From a bacterium (GTDB lineage: Bacteria > Cyanobacteriota > Vampirovibrionia > Gastranaerophilales > Gastranaerophilaceae): a stretch of 64,000 nt of DNA. Made by a program: the position numbers and the translations under genes. Where the stretch lies: the NCBI GenBank assembly GCA_017433195.1, contig JAFRHR010000060.1, positions 8,258 to 72,257 on the forward strand, read 5' to 3'. This document shows positions 58,334 through 64,000 of the stretch, in pieces (the stretch's first letter is position 1; each line of letters begins with the position of its first letter). The notes beneath the pieces are model-generated. The model was not told where the DNA came from. It saw only the letters and a program-made list of their open reading frames with translations, and made no database searches.

Positions 58334-58472
58334 AGATATAGGAATGAGAACGAGCAAGGCGGAGCCTTGCCAAGTTCGAGCGCGAGTGAGCTGAGGCTGG
58401 AGTGCTTTTGCGTAGGTTGCATAGCAACAGAAGCAAAACACGGAATTGCCGTTAAACGCGAACGAGCAAGAC

Positions 58473-58534
58473 AGCCTTGTATCGCCCACCATAAAAAGAG
58501 AAATGACTTTTGTTATTTCTCTTTTTATTTTGAG
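58473..58534 (+). repeat. 62-bp perfect direct repeat of the tRNA-Val 3' end plus terminator (first copy 58274-58335)
   Basis: AGCCTTGTATCGCCCACCATAAAAAGAGAAATGACTTTTGTTATTTCTCTTTTTATTTTGAG occurs twice, 137 bp apart. Confidence 0.85.
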
Positions 58535-58541
58535 CAAGTAG

Positions 58542-58596
58542 GGTAGACTTTAGTCTACCAAAATATGTAGGTTGGCTTGGTAAAGCCAACCTACAT
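58542..58596. repeat. two adjacent perfect palindromes
   Basis: GGTAGACTTTAGTCTACC and ATGTAGGTTGGCTT-GGTA-AAGCCAACCTACAT. Confidence 0.7.
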
Positions 58597-58598
58597 AC

Positions 58599-58706
58599 TG
58601 TCATGCTGAACTTGTTTCAGCATCTTACCAATTTTGCAAAATCAAATTTTAACTGCATGGGTTGTAATCCCCATGAAACTGTCTTGGAGTAAGTTCAGGG
58701 TGACAT
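58599..58706. repeat. MITE-like element A, copy 2 (uninterrupted)
   Basis: TGTCATGCTGAACTTGTTTCAGCATCTTACCAA......AAGTTCAGGGTGACAT. 16-nt imperfect terminal inverted repeats. The first ~60 nt align with copy 1. Confidence 0.6.
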
Positions 58707-58713
58707 AATATAT

Positions 58714-59292
58714 TTATTTTTTCTCAACGTTATTAAGATTATGTTTCAAAATACTCCAAAAACTCGGGGCTTCGGGGCGTGCGTCGTATTCAAGCCCTAA
58801 AAGTTCTTTCCAACCGCCTAAAGAAACTGTTTTTTGCACAGCGTTAACTCTGGGTTTGAAAAAACTGCGTTGTCTGTCTTTTTCAAACAATTCTTCCAGG
58901 TGTGATTCCTGTTCGCCTTTTTTCCATTTCGGCTGAGGTCTTGACCAAACATCAGGTTCTTCCCATTTTTCTGCTTCTGATTTTACTCCGTCTTTTTTAA
59001 ACCAAAAGAATAAATTCTTTTTACCTGAGCGTTGTTTTGTAACCGGATCTGTCATATATTCCGCAAACAAATCAACAGAATCCTCAACAAATTCATCCCC
59101 GACTTTTTTTCTTGTTAATCTTACGTTATGAAAACTTTCATTATGATAAATTCTGTCAACATAAAAGTCGCTTTTTATCATATTAACTTCGTAGGGGCTT
59201 GTACCTGCAGGATTTTTAAGTAATTTATAACCCTGATTTTTCTTACTTATTGCATAAGCAACTGTTTTCAAAGTATCTAAATTTATTTTCAT
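58714..59292 (-). CDS. hypothetical protein (192 aa, K/E/W-rich)
   Basis: Uninterrupted ORF. No family recognised. Confidence 0.45.
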   Translation of the reverse strand: MKINLDTLKTVAYAISKKNQGYKLLKNPAGTSPYEVNMIKSDFYVDRIYHNESFHNVRLTRKKVGDEFVEDSVDLFAEYMTDPVTKQRSGKKNLFFWFKKDGVKSEAEKWEEPDVWSRPQPKWKKGEQESHLEELFEKDRQRSFFKPRVNAVQKTVSLGGWKELLGLEYDARPEAPSFWSILKHNLNNVEKK

Positions 59293-59407
59293 TAAAATAC
59301 TCCTTAAAATTAAATTGGTATAAAGAGTATATCAAAAATGAAAATATGTTACAAGCAAATTGAAAAAAGAGATTGAGCATGTTAGATTGTGCATGTACGG
59401 AGGTTTT

Positions 59408-59806
59408 ATGAATATTTGTCCGTTAGGAATCACAAAATCAGAAAAACCCGTTTTTAATGCTAAGTTTGTGCGTGATGAAGAAGGTAAGTTAGATGAAGTA
59501 TTGAACAATCCTTCATATAACAGAGAAATTACACAAAAGACCATGCGGCTCGCAAATGAACTCAGAGAGTTGGGCAAAGGGCAGGATTTAGTAGTGTTGA
59601 AACAATGTGAGTATGACGATTCTTTGAATCACAAGAGAGGATTGCTCATTTTGAACACGACAACACAAAAAGTTGCGCCATTTTGCGGAAATTCGGAAAA
59701 ACCTTTTTGGGACGGAGTGTTATCAGCACTTCTGAGAAGAAGAGATTTTTACGAAGTTGAAAAACCGACCGGAGATGATTTGCACAAACTTCTTTTAAAC
59801 GGTTAG
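59408..59806 (+). CDS. hypothetical protein (132 aa)
   Basis: ATG at 59408 follows GGAGG. The ORF-track start at 59360 is a TTG further upstream. Confidence 0.4.
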   Translation: MNICPLGITKSEKPVFNAKFVRDEEGKLDEVLNNPSYNREITQKTMRLANELRELGKGQDLVVLKQCEYDDSLNHKRGLLILNTTTQKVAPFCGNSEKPFWDGVLSALLRRRDFYEVEKPTGDDLHKLLLNG

Positions 59807-59969
59807 ACAACGAAGAAGTTATTAAAATCATAATAACTGTTCTGTATAGTATTTTTGTATTCAATTTTTGATTTTATTAAATCACGGGTTGATGTTAAAT
59901 TTTTAGAACATTTTTTCATAAAAAATAACTTTAATAGCAAAAATAATTTTTATCGTGTTTTATTATGGT

Positions 59970-60581
59970 ATGCAAATTAATAACCTCTCATTTACCTCAA
60001 AAATAAATTTCGTAGATAAAGCTAATTTCGAAAATATCGTAAAAGGCGAATATGTCGGATTCAGCGAAAATCCTGCCGATATAAATTCCGTGCGCAAAGC
60101 AGATGACTACTTTACTTATGCAGTAAGAACATGCGGAGCAGGCGGAGTCCATAATTCAAAAACAGGACAAAGTGCAGGATATCATTCCTATGACTGCAAA
60201 CAGATGTACCAAAATTTAGAATACTTCGTTGACAGATTTTTCAAAAATGTAGAAAATCCTGATCAGGCATTACTTTTAGGCGGAAAGGAGTTATCTGACT
60301 CTCCGTATTCTATGAGACAATTTTTAAAACTAAAAGAACTTTTGGAACAGAGGGTTGAAAACGTTTCAGTGATTGAGGAACACGTATTTCCATGGTCCGA
60401 ATCAGATATATATTATTCAGGCGAAGACGACACCTATACAATATACAGTATGTACAGGCCTTATACTGAGTTTAGAGAGCGTGCCGTTTTAACTCCTGAA
60501 GATTTAAAAGTAGCTTTCAAAAAAATAAAAATAGCACCTTCAGATACGCTTCAAATAAACGGCTTGGATGTTACTATTTAG
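59970..60581 (+). CDS. hypothetical protein (~203 aa)
   Basis: ORF with its first ATG at 59970 (GTG at 59955 is also possible). No family recognised. Confidence 0.4.
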   Translation: MQINNLSFTSKINFVDKANFENIVKGEYVGFSENPADINSVRKADDYFTYAVRTCGAGGVHNSKTGQSAGYHSYDCKQMYQNLEYFVDRFFKNVENPDQALLLGGKELSDSPYSMRQFLKLKELLEQRVENVSVIEEHVFPWSESDIYYSGEDDTYTIYSMYRPYTEFRERAVLTPEDLKVAFKKIKIAPSDTLQINGLDVTI

Positions 60582-61192
60582 AATTGTGACTCACTTTGTT
60601 CGTAAGCGGGTTGAGGTTCTGCTATATTTACCCCTTTTACTTTTAACTTAACCGAATCGCCTTCGTGTTTAACACAATTTACGCCATGGGTAAGTTTTCC
60701 TGCAGTTTCACCGACAATAAACAGAGTCGGCCCGATAAGTACAATTCCTACAATCGTTACGGCTTCAACAACTATGCAGCAAGCCCCGACTGCACCTGCA
60801 ACAACTGCGACAGGAAGTGTAATAACTCCTTTTGTTACGTTTTTAACGGCAGAACCTTTTATAACATGGCTATCTGTTCCGCCTTTTATTTCATATATTT
60901 CTCCTGACGGAAGAATCATTTTTTCTAACACGATATGTGCTTTTGCGCGTCTGTAACCCCAACGTCCTTTTTTAAAACTTTTAACCTTTCCCTGAAAAAT
61001 CGTACCTTCAGGAATACCTTCGTAACCTTTGATTGTTCTGAACTGAACAATCTGGTCTTTTGAAGCCTTATTTACATTTAGTTCCGTGATAAATTCCGCA
61101 TTAACTTTTTCTGTAGAACCTTTTGCAAAAACAGGCATTGATAAGAAATTAATCATACAGATTAATAAGAATAATGAAATAATTTTTTTCAT
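60578..61192 (-). CDS. secreted/membrane-anchored protein, distant paralogue of 49061..49735
   Basis: Signal peptide. IPEGTIFQGKV......R.AKAHIVLEKMILPSGE. C-terminal Gly/Ala/Val-rich TM segments. Lies 21 nt downstream of hlyD. Confidence 0.5.
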   Translation of the reverse strand: MKKIISLFLLICMINFLSMPVFAKGSTEKVNAEFITELNVNKASKDQIVQFRTIKGYEGIPEGTIFQGKVKSFKKGRWGYRRAKAHIVLEKMILPSGEIYEIKGGTDSHVIKGSAVKNVTKGVITLPVAVVAGAVGACCIVVEAVTIVGIVLIGPTLFIVGETAGKLTHGVNCVKHEGDSVKLKVKGVNIAEPQPAYEQSESQF

Positions 61193-61213
61193 ATAATTAT
61201 CCTCGGTTAAAAG

Positions 61214-62245
61214 TTACCTTACTTTGATACTTTCGTCCATATATTTGATTAACGGATAGATAAAGAACTCTATAATTCTTCTTTTACCGATTTTTATTTC
61301 GTTGGTTGTTGACATACCGTATTTGATAGACTGTTCTTTTCCTTCAACCAAAAGAGTTTTATTCAGCGGTTCTATATAGACTTCGTAAATATCCCCCATA
61401 TGTTCGTCATAAACACTGTTTGGAGATACTATTTTTACAACTCCGTCAAGAATACCGTATTTCTGGAAATTGTATGTATCAACTTTTACTGAAACAGGCA
61501 TATCAGGTTCAACAAATCCGACATCCTGATTTAAAACTTTTGCCTTAATCATCATTGAAGCATCTTTCGGAACAACCGTCATAATTTTTTCAGCAGGCTG
61601 AACAACACCGCCTTCAGTATGAACAAGAATTTTATTAACATAACCTTCAATTGGACTAACCAATATTTGTTTCTGTTTTTCTATCTGAAGTCTTTTGTTT
61701 CTTATTTCTGATAATGACGCATTAAGTGAAGCGATACTGTGTGAAAGTTCTGTTACTTCTTTCACAGCATCATCATATCTTGATCTCGGAATAATATCTT
61801 TAACGTCTTCAAGACGATTTTTTGTTGCAAGCGCAAGCGTATATTTACTTTTATCAGATGCAAGGCTTTCTGCAATACGTATTTCTTCGTCTCTTAAGTT
61901 ATTTAATTCGAGCATAGGCTCGTGTTCTGCCGGAGAAATAATTGCAACAACCTGTCCTTCATTTACATAATCACCCTCTTTTACCAAAAGTTCTCTCACA
62001 ACACCTTTATCAAGTGATTGAACAACTTTTTCCTCTCCTGACGGAATGATTATACCTCTTGCAGTGACAACAATATCAACTTTACCGAAGTACATCCATG
62101 AAGCTGCAAATACTATAAATAAAATAATAATCCAAAAAACCATATTCCCCAAAGGATTTAACGGAGCATCTTCAATTTCAGCCAGTATCGGCTTAAATTC
62201 GTGGCTGTCATCCTGTTTTGGTATCAACATATTAATAAGTTTCAT
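61214..62245 (-). CDS. HlyD-family type I secretion membrane fusion protein
   Basis: N-terminal TM helix, G.I.P.G....VQS...G.V.ELLVKEGD.V..GQV, a coiled-coil middle and a C-terminal beta-barrel. Confidence 0.85.
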   Translation of the reverse strand: MKLINMLIPKQDDSHEFKPILAEIEDAPLNPLGNMVFWIIILFIVFAASWMYFGKVDIVVTARGIIIPSGEEKVVQSLDKGVVRELLVKEGDYVNEGQVVAIISPAEHEPMLELNNLRDEEIRIAESLASDKSKYTLALATKNRLEDVKDIIPRSRYDDAVKEVTELSHSIASLNASLSEIRNKRLQIEKQKQILVSPIEGYVNKILVHTEGGVVQPAEKIMTVVPKDASMMIKAKVLNQDVGFVEPDMPVSVKVDTYNFQKYGILDGVVKIVSPNSVYDEHMGDIYEVYIEPLNKTLLVEGKEQSIKYGMSTTNEIKIGKRRIIEFFIYPLIKYMDESIKVR

Positions 62246-62267
62246 TTTTGTACCTCTTTATAATAAA

Positions 62268-64000
62268 TTAATTAAGTTGTGCATCATATAATTTTTTATA
62301 ATAACCGTTTTTGGCAATAAGCTCATTATGAGTACCCGCTTCAACAATTCGTCCTTTTTCAAAACAGAATATCTTGTCGCAATTTTTAATTGTTGAAAGT
62401 CTGTGAGCAATAATAATTGTTGTACGGCCCTGAGAAATCATAGCCATATTATCTCTTATGATACGTTCTGATTCGTAATCCAAAGCAGATGTTGCTTCGT
62501 CAAATATAAGAATTTTCGGGTTTGAAATCAAAGCTCTTGCTATTGCAATTCTCTGTTTTTGTCCGCCTGATAAAGAAGAACCTCTTTCTCCAACCTCTGT
62601 ATCATAACCTTTCGGGAATTGCGAAATAAATTCGTGAGCACCTGCAATTTGCGAAACCTGAATAATACCTTCCATAGGCATATTAGGTCTCGGAAGAGCG
62701 ATATTATCTTTTATTGTGCCTGAAAACAGATAATTTTCCTGTAAAACTATACCAATATTTGTTCTGAGCCATACAGGGTTTATGTTTCTTATATCAATCC
62801 CGTCAATAAATATTGTTCCCTCTGTAGGATAATATAATCTCTGAATAAGTTTTGTAATTGTTGATTTTCCGCTTCCGCTTCTGCCTACAAAACCTATTTT
62901 TTCTCCGGCCTTTATATCAATATCAATATTATTTAATACCATTGGAGCATCTACATTGTATTTGAAAGATAAATTATCAATATGAATATCGCCGTTAACA
63001 TGGCTTAAAGTAATTGCGTTTCCTGATTGTGTTTCAACAGGGCTGTTCAAAATATCTCCGATACGGTCAACTGCCAAAAGTGTCTGCTGGAATTCGTTCC
63101 ATAAACCAACAAGTCTTAACATAGGTGCTGAGAATTGTCCCGAGAACATCTGGAATGCAATTAACTGACCTATTGTAAGTCTGTTATCTATAACAAGCAT
63201 AACACCTACATAAAGAATAGCGATGGTCATTGCTTTTTGTAAAAATCCGCAAATTGAACCCGTAAAGTTTCCCATAATAGCGAGGTTAAAACTCGATTTT
63301 AAATATTGTCCGAGTTTCTCTTCCCATTTTCTGAACATTGAACCTTCAATTGCAAGAGATTTTACTGTTTGAACCCCTGTTACAGATTCGACCAAATAAG
63401 AGTTTGAATGTGCACCCATCTGGAATTTTTCTTCCAAACGCAACCTGAGCTCAGGAGTTATTATAAGATAAATCACCGCAATAATTGCAAGGAAAGTTAA
63501 TGCAATACAAGTTAATTTCGGGCTGTACATATACATAACAACCAAAAATACAACAGAGAAAAATGAGTCTATCAAAACTGATATTGATTTGTTTGTGATA
63601 AATTCTCTTATTCTGTCAAGTTCTCTGACCCTTGCAACGATATTACCAACCTGTCTGTTTTCAAAGTAAACATAATACAATCTGAATAAGTGCTTAAATA
63701 ATTTTGAACCTAATTTTGCATCTATTTTATTTGTTGTGTGAATAAAAATATAGTTTCTTGAAAGGTTTAAAAACAGCTCAAATACAGATACAACGATAAA
63801 CGCCAGAGCCAATACATCGAGTGTTGCCAAAGTCCTGTTTACAAGGACTTTATCAAGAATAACCTGTGTAAATAACGGAGTTACAAGCCCGAACAATTGT
63901 ATAACAAATGATCCGAGAAGTATCTGTGCCATTATTTTTTTGTATTTAAAAATTTCATTTACAAACCATTTGAAACCGAATTTAAAATCAGAGTTTGCGT
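62268..64000 (-). CDS. HlyB-like type I secretion ABC transporter (permease + ATPase), 5' end beyond the window
   Basis: The reading frame stays open upstream of the ORF-track ATG (...FGFKWFVNEIFKYKKIMAQILLGSFVIQLFGLVTPLFTQVILDKVL), matching the HlyB TMD. Walker A GRSGSGKST, signature LSGGQKQR, Walker B ILIFDEATSALD. Confidence 0.9.
   Translation of the reverse strand, partial: ANSDFKFGFKWFVNEIFKYKKIMAQILLGSFVIQLFGLVTPLFTQVILDKVLVNRTLATLDVLALAFIVVSVFELFLNLSRNYIFIHTTNKIDAKLGSKLFKHLFRLYYVYFENRQVGNIVARVRELDRIREFITNKSISVLIDSFFSVVFLVVMYMYSPKLTCIALTFLAIIAVIYLIITPELRLRLEEKFQMGAHSNSYLVESVTGVQTVKSLAIEGSMFRKWEEKLGQYLKSSFNLAIMGNFTGSICGFLQKAMTIAILYVGVMLVIDNRLTIGQLIAFQMFSGQFSAPMLRLVGLWNEFQQTLLAVDRIGDILNSPVETQSGNAITLSHVNGDIHIDNLSFKYNVDAPMVLNNIDIDIKAGEKIGFVGRSGSGKSTITKLIQRLYYPTEGTIFIDGIDIRNINPVWLRTNIGIVLQENYLFSGTIKDNIALPRPNMPMEGIIQVSQIAGAHEFISQFPKGYDTEVGERGSSLSGGQKQRIAIARALISNPKILIFDEATSALDYESERIIRDNMAMISQGRTTIIIAHRLSTIKNCDKIFCFEKGRIVEAGTHNELIAKNGYYKKLYDAQLN

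Noticed and set aside
58336-58472. The 137-bp segment between the 62-bp tRNA-end direct repeats, considered as an integrated mobile element.
   Set aside because: It is far too small to encode anything, and no integrase is in the window. I kept it only as a scar or miniature insertion within the tRNA-hotspot finding.
57683-58546. ORFs 57683..58045, 58157..58537 and 58223..58546 lie in the tRNA region.
   Set aside because: They run through palindromic repeats, the tRNA-Val gene itself and its duplicated fragments. Their GC-rich, Arg/Cys-rich translations are typical repeat-derived artefacts.
57780-58710. Possible CRISPR array, because of the many repeated GC-rich segments.
   Set aside because: The repeats belong to several different families, are mostly palindromes or tRNA-derived duplications, and have no regular repeat-spacer periodicity. 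No cas genes are present in the window.

Overview
AT-rich bacterial chromosomal window, densely coded on both strands: about 60 credible CDS and one tRNA. I found no rRNA, CRISPR array, transposase or integrase. Most genes are housekeeping: purD, malQ, dnaG-rpoD, mnmE, rpmE, minCDE, panD, rplU-rpmA, lpxB-lpxI, trxB, surE, a family-4 UDG, an alanine/Na+ symporter, ispH-rpsA, nadB-nadC, era, mlaE, a second S1 paralogue and maf. A 7-gene F-type ATP synthase operon runs a-c-b'-b-delta-alpha-gamma with no beta/epsilon. The lpxB, lpxI, Skp-like and mlaE genes indicate a diderm. The cyanobacterial-type atp gene order and the two S1 paralogues fit a low-GC, non-photosynthetic relative of Cyanobacteria (Melainabacteria-like); this is inference only. 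The stand-out locus is 53448-57630 (minus strand). It holds three tandem, translationally coupled paralogues. Each fuses a type IV prepilin cleavage/methylation signal to a YadA-like beta-roll repeat head and a phage tail-fibre-type (Peptidase_S74) self-cleaving chaperone domain plus coiled coil. As far as I know this architecture is uncharacterised. The operon abuts a 1.1-kb non-coding hotspot (57631-58713). That hotspot contains tRNA-Val(GAC), duplicated fragments of the tRNA's 5' and 3' ends, and several families of GC-rich palindromic or MITE-like elements. One of these families is also found nested inside another element at 15872-16074. Other points worth a look: MinE with a ~110-aa acidic tail; a pair of orphan ~80-aa paralogues; a zinc-ribbon/Imm-like membrane protein with a divergent XRE regulator; an EF-hand protein; two secreted paralogues sitting next to transporter genes; and a HlyB/HlyD type I secretion pair running off the right edge. 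All family assignments come from motif recognition by eye. No database search was run.
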